Shown here piece by piece: positions 13,309-25,845 of a stretch of 64,000 bases of DNA. Each line of letters starts with the position of its first letter. Within the stretch, counting starts at the first letter, position 1. The position numbers and the translations under genes are program-made. The DNA is taken from the NCBI RefSeq assembly GCF_006345805.1, contig NC_043010.1, positions 37,882,001-37,946,000 of the forward strand, written 5' to 3'. The notes beneath the pieces were generated by a model. The model had not been told where the DNA came from, searched no databases, and saw only the letters and a list, made by a program, of their open reading frames with translations. This DNA is from Octopus sinensis (lineage: Eukaryota).

Positions 13309-13550
13309 TAGAAAATAGTAAAAAGTGAAAAAACTACAGAAGGCTTGTTTTAGAAGGTTAAAAAATATATTTTTGAGTCATTATGTCTGAAGAATGTTAT
13401 AAATTTTTTTCATACAATGACATAGTGTTTGAAGAAAGACCGGTTTGTATGAAAATTTATAACATTCTTCAGACATAATGACTCAAATATATATTTTTTA
13501 ACCTTCTAAAACAAGCCTTCTGTAGTTTTTTCACTTTTTACTATTTTCTA
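13309..13550. repeat. Long near-perfect inverted repeat (109/106-bp arms, 27-bp spacer) within (TA)n
   Basis: Arms 13309-13417 and 13445-13550 differ by one substitution and a 3-nt T-run indel. Confidence 0.95.
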
Positions 13551-13871
13551 TATATTCAACCACGTGCTTTCACACACCAACTTTCTCACCTATATATATA
13601 TATATGTGTGTGGTGTGTGTTTATATATATATATATATATATATGTATGTTTATGTGTGTATAGTCGGCAGATTGCTAACTCACTTCTCACCTTTGAATA
13701 CCTGTAAAGGGATCTCTTGCAAAAAAGGTAAGGGTTAACAACAGGAAGGTCATCTCACTAAAAAAAATGCCTCAGTAATATATTCATCTAATGCTTGCTA
13801 TCATGGAAAAACAGACATAAAATGTATGAAAGATAGTGTTTCATATAAATATAAGTGCATGTATATATATT

Positions 13872-14088
13872 TGAGGGGCTGCCCAAAAGTTTCTGACTTT
13901 GGGTAAAAGAAAATTCAGGAGGATCAGTTAATTATGATTTTATTCAACATATTACCTCCTCAGATTCACACACTTGTTTCAGTGGTCTTTTAGTTTTCCT
14001 AAGCCCTGTGAAAAGAACTTGGAAGATTGGACCTCCAACCAGGCTTTTTGCAATACCCTTAAAGTTAGGAAATTCTCAGCACCCCTCT
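13872..14088. mobile_element. Mariner-type MITE, about 215 bp
   Basis: Degenerate TIRs of about 28 bp (TGAGGGGCTGCCCAAAAGTTTCTGACTTT / AAAGTTAGGAAATTCTCAGCACCCCTC); internal TTTTATTCAACATAT motif typical of mariner ends. Confidence 0.65.
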
Positions 14089-14257
14089 GTTTATGTGTGT
14101 GTGATGGGCTTTTAGAGACTATCAGATCCATTCAAAAGAGATTGGTTGGCATATCACTCTATTAGAAGTCATTTGCTCAAGGCACCATGCACTGAGCACC
14201 TTAAGTTTCAAACTTTATTTTGAAAAGTGTTTGGGTTTAATTGTTTATTGTTATCAT

Positions 14258-14622
14258 TATTACTTCCACCTTAGTTAAGGCAGAGATAGTGTTTACAGTC
14301 GTGTTTGCTTGTTTGTTTTGACTGTTGACAAGATATCTCAAGATATCTTGTCTGGATGGATTTGGATGGAACTTTCAAGGATGTTTGGCCTTGTGACTGG
14401 TGTGAACTGATTAGATTTTGGGATCGATCTGGTACCGAATAAGGATTCTGGATTATTTTTCTGTTTTTTTTTTTTTTTGCTCAATTTTTGAGAGAGGTTG
14501 GCTTCATTTTTAGTATTCTCGTTTGTGAGAGCAGTCGAATTTATTTCAGATATTCTTATTTTAAAAATCATCTCTGGCTAATTGTTGAGAGGACATTGGT
14601 ATTGCCTTGGCAGAGTTTTGTG
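14258..14622 (+). mobile_element. Helentron-associated-like non-autonomous element (type 2)
   Basis: 5' CCACCTTAG..AAGG subterminal hairpin, GTTT microsatellite, GATGGATTTGGATGGAACTTTC core, 3' GCCTTGGCAGAG; homologous to 39577-39942 on the opposite strand. Confidence 0.65.
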
Positions 14623-14635
14623 TTTGTTTATTATA

Positions 14636-14775
14636 ATTAAAGATTTCTCATATTTCCTTATTTGTCCTTTATATTTAGTTTTAACCAATAACACTCCTAA
14701 TGCCATTAACAGTTTAAGGCCTTCTCCACCTCATCCCTTATTAGTGGCGCACTCCACAACAGAAGTATTATGGCT
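14636..14775 (+). repeat. Dispersed repeat fragment (family E)
   Basis: Reverse complement of 20160-20295 (AAAGATTTCTCATATTTCCTTATTTGTCC...CCTTCTCCACCTC.TCCCTTATTAGTGGC). Confidence 0.8.
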
Positions 14776-15023
14776 GCTCTCTTTGGTGAAGAGGTTTGAC
14801 CTGGAAGAGTCTTGTGCTGGTGCCACATAAAAGTACTCATGTGGTTCCACATAAAATGCACCCAGCACACTCTGTAAAATGGTTGGCATTAGGAAGGGCA
14901 TCTAGCTGTAGAAACTATGCCAAAGCAGACTGAGTCTGGTGCAGCTCTCAAGCTTGCCAAACCGTCCAACCCATGCCAGCATGGTAAACGGATGTTAAAT
15001 GATGTTGATGATAATGAGGTTGA

Positions 15024-15062
<39 letters not shown>

Positions 15063-16197
15063 TGTATATTTAACAATTGCAGCATGGAAGGTGTTTATAA
15101 GCCATTTAAGAAACGCACAAAATCCACTAGATTCACTTCAACATTTAAATTTAACTTGTCAAAATATTTTCGTTGCTGTGAGACCATGACCTGTTCACTG
15201 ACAAAATTCCATACTGCATCTCAGATCAGGTCAGTTGCTATGCAAGTACATCTCTGTAATTTGTATATTTAATAATAATAATAATAATTTCAAACTTTGG
15301 CACAAGGCTAGCAATTTCAGAGAGGCAATAATAACACGAAGAAGGAGGTGAACAGGCTTTCATGGTATATTACAACATATGTTTCTGCACCCCACATCAG
15401 CTTTATGTTGCGAGGTTCATATTCCATACAGCATTATGTAAGATAGTAATCTTACATAACGCTATATGAAATCTGAAAACCTTAATAATTACTATACATA
15501 TTGAATATCGTTTAACAACAGCTGCATGTGGCCACTTCATCGGCCAAATTTCCATTAAAAAAAAAAAAGCTCTTAAATGCACGTTTCAAAGTTTTTTCTT
15601 ACAATACACTCTGGATTCCAGTCTATGATTCTCTGCAGCCAATCTACTTGACCTGATATTTCAGTTTGTGTGTTCAGTTTTCTTAAAAATGGACATAAAA
15701 TTGATAGCTTGTATTTGCTGAAGTACTTTCTGAGGATACAGCTCAAATTTTAGTCCCTTCTGTCTACTCTAAATATGTATGTGTACATGCATATGATGTA
15801 TCTCTAGTTCTTAATTAATTTTAGAGTTATAAACCCTTGAGATGAACATATGGTTCTGACAGCTAAAGGTTTAAGATTTCAGTCTAATTGGTCCTCATTA
15901 GCTTCAATGAAGTTAAAACCATGTATACTGTCTTGTCAAAACGCTGAATATGTCAGTTAACATCTGGTGGTGTTGGTTTTGGTCATTAGTATTCGAAGAA
16001 AATTGCACAGGACAGCAGAGAGCATATGAATAATTTCTAACTGGAGAACAGTTTTTTTGTGATGTATTGCTTCCACAAACCTCGCATGCTGAGCACAGAG
16101 GTGTTGTGTAATAAAATGCAATGCATATAAACTGATGGATTCTCTATTTTAGAAAGCATATTCAGTCATGTGCAGGAACAAATTTAGAGAGACAGAG

Positions 16198-16237
<40 letters not shown>

Positions 16238-16394
16238 TCTCTCTCATCTCCCATGTATGTGTGTGTGTTTGTGTGAATACATATGTTCATTATATATATG
16301 TATGCTGAAACAATCTGGAATTATGTTTGTGTATGTATGTATGTGTGTGTATATGTATGCTTGTGTGTATGTCTGTGTGTGTGTGTTCAGAATT

Positions 16395-16748
16395 AGAGTA
16401 ATGAAATTTGCTGTTAAACTTGCTACAACAGAGCGTGATCATTACCTGCATTGCCTTACTGGCACTTATGCTGGTTGCATGTGAAAAAACATTTGAGCAA
16501 GGTTGTAGCCAATGCCGCTGGACTGGCTCCTGTGCAGGTGACACATAAGAAGCACCATTTGAGCGTGGCTGTTGCCAGTACTGCCTGACTGACTCTCGTG
16601 CCGGTGGCATGTAAAAGCACCCACTACACTCTTGGAGTGGTTGGCATTAGGAAGGGTAACCTGGTGCAGCCATCTGGTTCACCAGACCTCAGTCAAATCG
16701 TCCAACCCATGCTAGCATGGAAAGCGGATGTTAAACGATGATGATGAT
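16395..16748 (+). mobile_element. Family D copy with about 3 internal ~65-bp units
   Basis: Tandem ..GGCAC..AAGCACCATT units, then CACCCACTACACTCT and the GAT tail. Confidence 0.8.
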
Positions 16749-18294
16749 AGGAAACACATGAGATGGAGAATAGCTGAAGAGATCAGAGGATGTGCACCGA
16801 AAGGTTTCCAGACAAAGGGCATAAAATAAGAATGATAATAAATCTCAGGTGAAGAACAAATATAGAATATATAGTGCATGTGTTTATTTGGCAAGGAAAA
16901 AAAAAATTAAAAAGGCCATCCTGTAATATAACAATATCTATTTTACTACATGATTTCACAACAGGAATCTTACAAAACAAATAGATTAACGTAATTTAAT
17001 TGTTATTCAATGATTTAGTCAATAATTAATTTTGAATAATAGCTTTTGTCAGTGTTAAGCTTGTGTTTGGAATAAGAATTAAAGTAGAATTTTGGCTGAT
17101 GGCTGTAATTTAGCTCTTTAAAGCAGGAAGTCTGTATCATAGAGCTAGGAGTGGTCTCAGTCTGATTGGTATCAAAAGACTTAAAGGTTCAACCTTGTTA
17201 GAGTTTAGAACTACGATTCCACTTGAGAATCACTTGAAGGGTATGTTCACCTGTGGAATACCCAACCACTAATTGAGAGTGCAGGGGCAAAGGGTTTGTA
17301 GTTGATCGAACTGCTGGAATCCTCATGGTCGAAAACGTATGAAAATCCATCAGGTTTAATTAATGTAAGGTAGCAAAATTTAATCAATTCATAACGACTT
17401 GTGTGCTCAGGAGAGAAAATTATTAACTCAATGACGAATGTTTAAATTTAATAACATTAATAAGTCTTTTACAATCTTGACTGTCCACAGACAACAACTT
17501 GCTTTTCACAATACCAAATGTTTCATTTTAAATAATCTATGTATGATAATAGTAATAATAATAATAATATAATGATGATGATGATAACGATGGTGATTAT
17601 GGTGATATACAGTTTACAGTAATAAGGCTGGCTGTGGTAAATTGAAGTTCAAAATTAAAGCTATGAAATTTGCTCCAAGACTGCTTATAATTTCACATTA
17701 AAGATGATGATGATTATTTTAACAACAACAACAACAGCAACAACAACAACAATAATAATAATATAAATGAGAAATAGAAAATAAGAGTAATGAAAATGTA
17801 TTTCACTTATTTATTTCTCTGAAATGGAATTGTAAATAGAAATAGAATTGGTCTGCAAAATAATGGTATTCCAAGAGGAGTAATTTGGTCTTTGACAATC
17901 TGTTCCTTTCTTTCTTCTTTTTTTTTTATTTGCTTCTTTCTTTCTTTCTTTCTTTGTTTCTCCCCCCCCCCCACTCATTTTAAATAAAGATTGGAAATAC
18001 ATTTTTTTTTTTATCTATCTCATTTGTTTGTAACCATTCCGTTCTATTTTCTTCATGTCTTTTTGCGATCTTTCTTGTCAAGATACTTCAAGGAATTTTC
18101 TTGAAGAAAAAAAAAAAAAGAAAAATACAGAATGGTAAAGATAGAGTGTGGCTTTGCTAGGGCTTAATTTAGTGGAGCTATGGGAACTTGGAATTGAGGT
18201 AGGGTGGGTAGTAGGGTTGGGGAACTATAGATTTTCTTCTGCTCTGGAAATTTCTGATTGGACAAAGAAACCTTTGACGACATATCCATGTGTT

Positions 18295-18488
18295 TGGATA
18301 TGTTTGCATCATCTTTTCTTTGTGGATTGTGGCCATGCTGGAGCACCACCTTGTAGGGTTTTAGTTGAACAGATTGACCCCCCAGTACTTATTTTTGAAG
18401 TCTAATACTTATTCTATCAATCTCTTATTGAAGTCAACACCAGTTGTCAAGTTATGGTGGAAGACAAATACACACACACACACACACA

Positions 18489-18536
<48 letters not shown>

Positions 18537-19005
18537 ATGAAGGCTTTCCACACATTTTCTGCCTACCAAATTCATTCATAGGGCATTGATTGGCCTGATG
18601 CTATAGAAGACACCCAAGAAGCTATGAAGTGGGACTGAACCAAAAACCATGTTTCTTCCTTTTTTTATTATTTTTTTTTTGTGTGTGTGGCTGTGTGGTA
18701 AGTAGCTTGCTTACCAACCACATGGTTGTGGGTTCAGTCTCACTACAAGGCACCTTAGGCAAGTGTCTTCTACTATAGCCTCAGGCCAACCAAAGCCTTG
18801 TGAGTGGATTTGGTAGATGGAAACTGAAAGAAGCCTGTCGTATATATATATATATCTGTATGTGTGTATATATGTTTGTGCGTCTGTGTTTGTACTGCCA
18901 CCATTGCTTGATGACCAATGTTGGTGTGTTTATGGGTCTGTAACTTAGCGGTTCAGCAAAAGAAAGCAATAGAATAAGTACTAGGCTTACAAAGAATAAG
19001 TTCTG
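18295..19005. mobile_element. Head-to-head pair of family A copies (minus 18295-18650, plus 18686-19005)
   Basis: Both colinear with the family A consensus, in opposite orientations. Confidence 0.75.
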
Positions 19006-19019
19006 GAGTTGAAATCAAA

Positions 19020-19520
19020 TCAAAATCGCTGACGTGGCCATTGACAGTACCGCCTGATTGGCATTCGTGCCAGTGGAATGTTAAATGCACATTTGAGTGT
19101 GATTGTTGCCAGGGCCATGGATTTGCTCCCATGCTGGTGGCATATAAAAAGCACCATTCGAGCGTGATTGTTGCCAGCATTGCCTTACTGGCACATGTGC
19201 CAGTGGCATGTGATAAACAACATTCGAGTGTGGTTGTTGCCAGTGCCGCCGGACTGGCTCCTGTGCAGGTAGCACGTAAAAAACACCTTTTGAATATGGT
19301 CGTTGCCAGAACCACCTGACTGGCCCCTTTAAGCCAGTGGCACGTAAAAGCACCCACTACACTCTCGCAGTGGTTGGTGGGAGGAAGGGCATCCAGCTGT
19401 AGAAACTTTGCCAGATCAGATTGTAGCCTGGTGCAGCCATCTGGTTCACCAGACCTCAGTCAAATCGTCCAACCCATGCTCACATGGAAAGCAGACGTTA
19501 AACGATGATGATGAATTGAT
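19020..19520 (+). mobile_element. Family D copy with about 5 internal ~65-bp units
   Basis: Tandem units followed by the conserved D body and (GAT)n tail. Confidence 0.85.
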
Positions 19521-20539
19521 ATGGTGACTGTGTGCTTTGTTAGAAATATGGTAATGAATAGGTTAACACTTTTGTTTAGATGTTGTTGTTGTGTAGGGTA
19601 GAGAATATTCTTTTGTCTTGCTTGAGGACAACACACATGCACTCTCTCTCTCTCTCTAATGTTGTGACATGGCAAAATACATATAGTACACTCTGCAAAG
19701 TATTCAGCGACAGGAAAGGCATCCAGTCATGGAAACTAGGCCAAAACTGGAGTGTACAGGTGAGATCTGGTCCCTACCTGTCTACTAGGACAGTAAGTAA
19801 TCCTAAGTAAGACCCATCCAACATGTGGAGGACATAAAATGATGATGGTGACAATGATGATGATGATGAAGAATTAAGGAAGAAGGAACTGATTGTGTTC
19901 ATGATAGTTTTTTTTTTTATGTATAGATTTTTTTCATATTTTCTTAGAAGTTCTTTTGCTTGGCTCTGAACAAAATCCGTTCCGCAAAAACTAGAAGATT
20001 AGTAATGGAAATGGAATAAGCTTTATCAACAGCAAAAGAAAGAAGAAGAAGAAGAAAAAAAACCTATCCAGACATTACAGCACGTGAAATACACTGGAGT
20101 TATCTGGCAATTACATCTTTATCAGTTAAATCATTCCCATGATCCCTTGCCTCCTACTACAAAATGCTGCAACAAACATGCCACTAATAAGGGACGAGGT
20201 GGAGAAGGCCTTGAACTGTTAATAGCCTTAGGAGTGTTATTGTTTGAAACCAAACATGAAGGACAAATAAGGAAATATGAGAAATCTTTATTAATAATAA
20301 TGATAATGGCGATAATAATAATAATAATAATGATGATGATAATAATGGTAATAATAAACAATTAAACTCTCAAACACAGTCTTTAATATAATATGTTTGA
20401 AGCTGTTCCTTATTTGTACGTATGCATAATAACTGTTGAATCAGCATTGAGCAGAGTTTTGTATGAGATATATATCTTGTATACACACACATGTGCACAC
20501 ACTCCTATATCTACACACATCTCTAGCCTGATTATAGAG

Positions 20540-20795
20540 TCACACACACACACCTATATCTACACACATTCACAAATATATATATATACACACACACACC
20601 AATATCTACACACATCCACAAATATATATATACACACACACACCAATATCTACACACATCCACAAATATATATACACACACACACACCAATATCTACACA
20701 CATCCACAAATATATACACGCACATATCTATATCTACGCACATCCACACACAAACATTCCTATATCTGCACACATCCACAAATACACACACACAT
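20540..20795. repeat. ~44-bp compound minisatellite, about 6 copies
   Basis: Unit ACACACACACCAATATCTACACACATCCACAAATATATAT. Confidence 0.85.
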
Positions 20796-20833
20796 AGAAA
20801 TATGTATCTGTGTGTGTATATCTATATATATAT

Positions 20834-20913
<80 letters not shown>

Positions 20914-21444
20914 GTGTGTGTGTGTGTGAATGTTTTCCTCCCATTTTCCATAGTTGTATGGGGGCGGGGAATGGAATGATCAATTGTTTTTACAGCTGGC
21001 TGCTCTACCTACAGCTCATATCTCTACAGGTAAGCAAATTAGCAGCAGCAGAACTATCTGCTTTACACAGGGGCACAATACAATAGTAGCTATACGTCAG
21101 ATTCGAACCTGTGACCTTGAAATGAGTAACCCGCCATCATTCATCAACCCTCTAGTCATTCATGTATAATTATTATCTGTCATCGATATCATCAATTGAA
21201 CACCTTGTTGTCTCTTTCATGTTAGCTAATGGCTTAGATACATCTGCAGCCCTCTGTGTATTGGTTATATGTACACACATACACACACACTATAGTCTGA
21301 TTCTAGCCTGACTATAGAGTCACATTATTACCTACAATTATCGGTACCTTGGTCATGTTACGAAATGTTTAAGCACTAACCTTGAAATATTAGTGTTGGT
21401 AGTCTGTGAAAGATAAAAGACAATGTTTGTGTGTATGGTGTGTG

Positions 21445-21483
<39 letters not shown>

Positions 21484-22009
21484 ACAAACATTATATGTGT
21501 GTTTATGTATGGATACATATGCAAATGTGCATATACATGAATATATACATAGACATTACCACCATGTGTTTCTATAGACATACCTGCATATATTCATAAA
21601 GGCAAAACACATATGTATTATATCTGTATGTATGTATATATATATATGTGTGTGTGTGTGTGTATTTGTACATACACATATGTGCAGAAGTACATATACT
21701 AACACAGAAGCTCACACATAAGATGTAAAAACAAGTGTATATTAATTACACCTTAGAGATACCAGATGACACAGTCCAGTAATGTAACGATGTTGCTAAT
21801 GATGCATTTAGTAAACACATACATACCTGCATACATATGTTAATTGTTATAAGTGAAGACATAGTTGCATGGTGAGGATGTTTGCTTTCTCGCCACATGG
21901 TTCCTGGTTCGGCTGCACTGCAGGGCACCTTCAGCAAGTGTCTTTTACCCAAGGCTTTGAGTCAACCAAAGCTCAGTGAGGGGATTCGGTTGACAGAAAC
22001 TGAAAGAAG

Positions 22010-22239
22010 GCAGCGAGCTGGCAGAAACGTTAACATGTCGGGCGAAATGCTTAGCGGTATTTCGTCTGTCTTTACGATCTGAGTTCAAATTCTGCCGAGA
22101 TCGACTTTGCCTTTCATCCTTTCAGGGTCGATTAAATAAGTACCAGTTACGCACTGAGGTTGATGTAATCGACTTAATCCCTTTACCTGTCCTTGTTTTC
22201 CCCCTCTATGTTTAGCCCCATGTGGGTAGTAAAGAAATA
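22010..22239 (+). mobile_element. SINE family B (tail type 3) inserted in a family A copy, 15-bp TSD
   Basis: AGAAACTGAAAGAAG at 21995-22009 and 22240-22254 flanks the insertion. Confidence 0.9.
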
Positions 22240-22587
22240 AGAAACTGAAAGAAGCCTGTCACACGTAGTATATGTGTGTTTCTGTGAGTGAGTTTGTATT
22301 TCCCGCTTTTACCCTTGTGTTCACCGACTGTTTGTGAACAACAGCTTTGCTAACAGTGTCGTTTGCTTGCTGTCCACTGCGAGAGCATGTCTAGGCTTCT
22401 TGTCATGTTATGACGTGTTGCTTGATCTCTGTAAACAAAAGGCTCATTCATATGACATTTACGTCAGCTCTCTACATAAACCTGTCCATGTTGCTAGGCC
22501 TTTCATTCAATGCTTTACCAACTCAGCAAATCCACTGCTATAAAATTTTTATAAAGCCATTACAGTTTGAAACTAGTTTCCTTTCTT

Positions 22588-23434
22588 TGTACCTTTTCAA
22601 TTCTTCTTCATGTTTTAGGCATTTGACTGCGGCCATGCTTGAGCGCTGCCTCAAAGAATTTCAGTCAAAACGAATTGACCCCCAGGACCTATTTTCTTTT
22701 AAGGCCCAGTACTTATTCTAGCAGTACATTTCACTCAGCCACCGAGTTAGAGTGATGCAAACACACCAACACTGGTTGTCAGTTGGTGGTGGGGGACAAA
22801 CACACACAGTCACACGCACAAAGACACACACATGATGGGATTCTTTCATTTTTCCTCTACCAAATCCACTCACAAAGTTTTGGTTGGCCTGAGGCTACAG
22901 TAGAAGACACTTGTCCAAGATGCCACACAGTGGGACTGAACACAGAACCATGTGGTTGGGAAGCATGCTTCTTACCACACAGCCATGCCTGCACCTTTTA
23001 TCAGGATATTTTTCATCTGTAAAAGATATTCTCTTTTTACTCTTTTTACTGGTTTCAGTCATTTGATTGCGGCCATGCTGAAGCACCACCTCTAGTCGTG
23101 CAAGTTGACCCCAGGACTTATTCTTTGTAAGCCTAGTACTTATTCTATCGGTCTCTTTTGCTGAACCGCTAAGTTACGGGGACGTAAACACACCAGCATC
23201 GGTTGTCAAGCGATGTTGGGGGGACAAACACAGACACACAAACATATACACACACACATACATACATACACATATATATATATATGACAGGCTTCTTTCA
23301 GTTTCCATCTACCAAATCCACTCACAAGGCTTTGGTCGGCCCGAGGCTATAGTAGAAGACACTTGTCCAAATTGCCACGCAGTGGGACTGCACCCGGAAC
23401 CATGTGGTTGGTAAGCAAGCTACTTACCACACAG
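22588..23434 (-). mobile_element. Two tandem family A copies
   Basis: Copies at about 22588-22995 and 23033-23434, same orientation. Confidence 0.85.
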
Positions 23435-24409
23435 ACATTATAATTACCAGGCTTGGGGAAAGAGGAGCACCGACAAGACATAAACCACATATCTATTGCT
23501 TAGCAGATAGCCCTGTTACCAATTCCACTACAGAGCATGCACCGTTCTAATTTTCACAAATTAAATATTGTGCATTGTTTTTGTTCTTTTAACTGTATTA
23601 TCTTATCCTCCAAATTGAGGAAACAATTTGCAGCCACTAATCTGAGAAGATAGAAAGGCATGCATTACTTTGGTGCAATCTGTAATACTGTCACTGAGTC
23701 AGCTCCTATCTGTTTCTTTTCAGTCTCAAAATAGTGCTTTGCAATTACGTTTAAATATTAGCAGTGAATTCATATTTCTGTTGTATTTCATTATTCCTCT
23801 AATTGATATTTGGCACGTGTACACACACATACACACACACCACACACTTACATATATACACATATACATACATGCATATATACACATACACACACATATA
23901 GACACACATTTATATAACAGACACAAACATATATACACATACACATAGATGTATATATACATACATATAGATACACACACACATGCATATATACACATAC
24001 ACACAACCTGTAGTTCACCCAAAATAGGATATACTGGAAAGAGCTGATTTGGCTCATTGTTGCAAAGTGTCTTAGGTATTTATAAAATGTCGCTAATTAA
24101 GGCTCGTTCGATTACAAGCTGGCTTATCATATTTCTCTCTAAACAAAGAAGGGTCAGTAATATTGTGTCAAGCATGGCTTGTTGCACCAATTTAGTTGTA
24201 TAGATGATTCCAACTTTACCTAGTGAAATACATAATGTATGACCCAGGTGGTGGGGTGGCATTTTAAAATTTCCTGAGAGCGTAAAGTATTTAGTTACAG
24301 CCAGCGGTGAACTAGTAATATTTTAACAAACTTTTTTCCTTTGTTTGCTCTTTGTACTTTTTATTTACTATATATATGTGTATATATATATATATACATA
24401 TATATAAAT

Positions 24410-24779
24410 CGTGGCACTCCATTGGTTACGACGACTAGGGTTCCAGTTGATTCGATCAACAGAACAGCCTGCTCGTGAAATTAAAGTGCAAGTGGCTGAG
24501 CACTCCACAGACACGTGTACCCTTAACGTAGTTCTCGGGGAGAGATTCAGCGTGACAAGGCTGTCCCTTTGAAATACAGGTACAACAGAAACAGGAAGAA
24601 AGAGTGAGAGAAAGTTGTGGGGAAAGAGAACAGCAGGATTCTTCAACAGCCACTGCCAGAGCCTCATGTAGCTTTAGGTGTTTTCACTCAATAAACACTC
24701 ACAACGCCCGGTCTGGGGATTGAAACTGCGATCCTACAACCGAGAGTCCTTTCCCCTAACCACTGGGCCATTGTGCTTC

Positions 24780-24780
<1 letters not shown>
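24410..24780 (-). mobile_element. SINE family C copy
   Basis: Reverse complement of 12908-13283. Confidence 0.85.
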
Positions 24781-24810
<30 letters not shown>

Positions 24811-25179
24811 CATGAGGCAAGGGTGAAAGGAGTGAGATTGTATGGGCATGTGTTGAAGAGCTTCTTCTGAGGAGGGTGATTGCATTTGAGGTAAATGGAG
24901 CGCGAAAGCAAGGCAGACTGAGATAAAGATGGAGGGGACAGGTGAAGGAGGATAATTGAGAGGGTTGGTTTGATAAAGGAGGACACCCAAGACTGGTCAA
25001 GATGGCGAGATGGTTTGAGGGCGGTTGCTATGGCATTGATTTAGATACTGTTAATGGGGACAAAACCCAGATTTAAAACACTGGATGATGATGATATATA
25101 TACATATATATATTTAGCTCTCATACAGGAACAAGGTCGATGTAAGTAGTGGCGTTCTAATTCTGCCCAAAGGCTACCC

Positions 25180-25845
25180 CTAACTGACACTCCATCAGTT
25201 ATGACAATGAGGGTTCCAATTGTTTTAATCAATGGAACAGCCCACTTATGAAATTAATATGCAAGTGACTGAGTATTCTATAGACTTGGGTAGCATTATT
25301 GTAGTTCTCGGGGAGACTCAGTGTGACACAGAATGTGACAAAGCTGGCCTCTTTGAAATTCAGGTACAAATCATTTTTGCTAGTTGAGTTGACTGAAGCA
25401 ACGTGAAATAAAGTGTCTTGCTCAGGAACACAATGTGCCATTGTGAATGGAATTCATGACCTTCCAATGGTGAGCCGAATGCCCTAACCACTGAGCCACG
25501 CACCTTACACACACACACACACACTCAAGACTTTTTTAAAGCTGGCATTCCGTTGGTTATGATGATTAGGATTCCAGTTGATCTGATCAATGGAGCAGCT
25601 TGGTCATGAAATTAACATGCAAGAAGCTGAGCGCACCTCAGACACGCCTACTCATAACACAGTTTTCAGGGAGACTCAGCGTGACTCAGAATATGACAAG
25701 GTTGGCTCCTTTGAAACACAAGTAGAACTCATTCATGCCAGCTGAGTGGACCGACCGGAGCAACATGAAATAAAGTTGTATCGTTTAAGGATGCAACGGC
25801 CATATGATCCATGAGTCAGAACACCCCAACCACTAAGCTATTTTC
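25180..25845 (-). mobile_element. Two copies of variant C' (CORE-like head/body, family C tail)
   Basis: Share the C 3' tail but carry CCTGAGCAAGACACTTTATTTCAC in place of the C body. Further C' copies at 49183-49520 (+) and 52650-52965 (-). Confidence 0.75.

Noticed and set aside
16772-16812. CTGAAGAG...CGAAAGG hammerhead-like string
   Set aside because: No stem II pairing, no U at 16.1 and no stem I.
20521-21324. 23-bp direct repeat TCTAGCCTGA(T/C)TATAGAGTCACA about 780 bp apart
   Set aside because: Too short, and the intervening sequence is mostly microsatellite; no LTR, PBS or PPT features.
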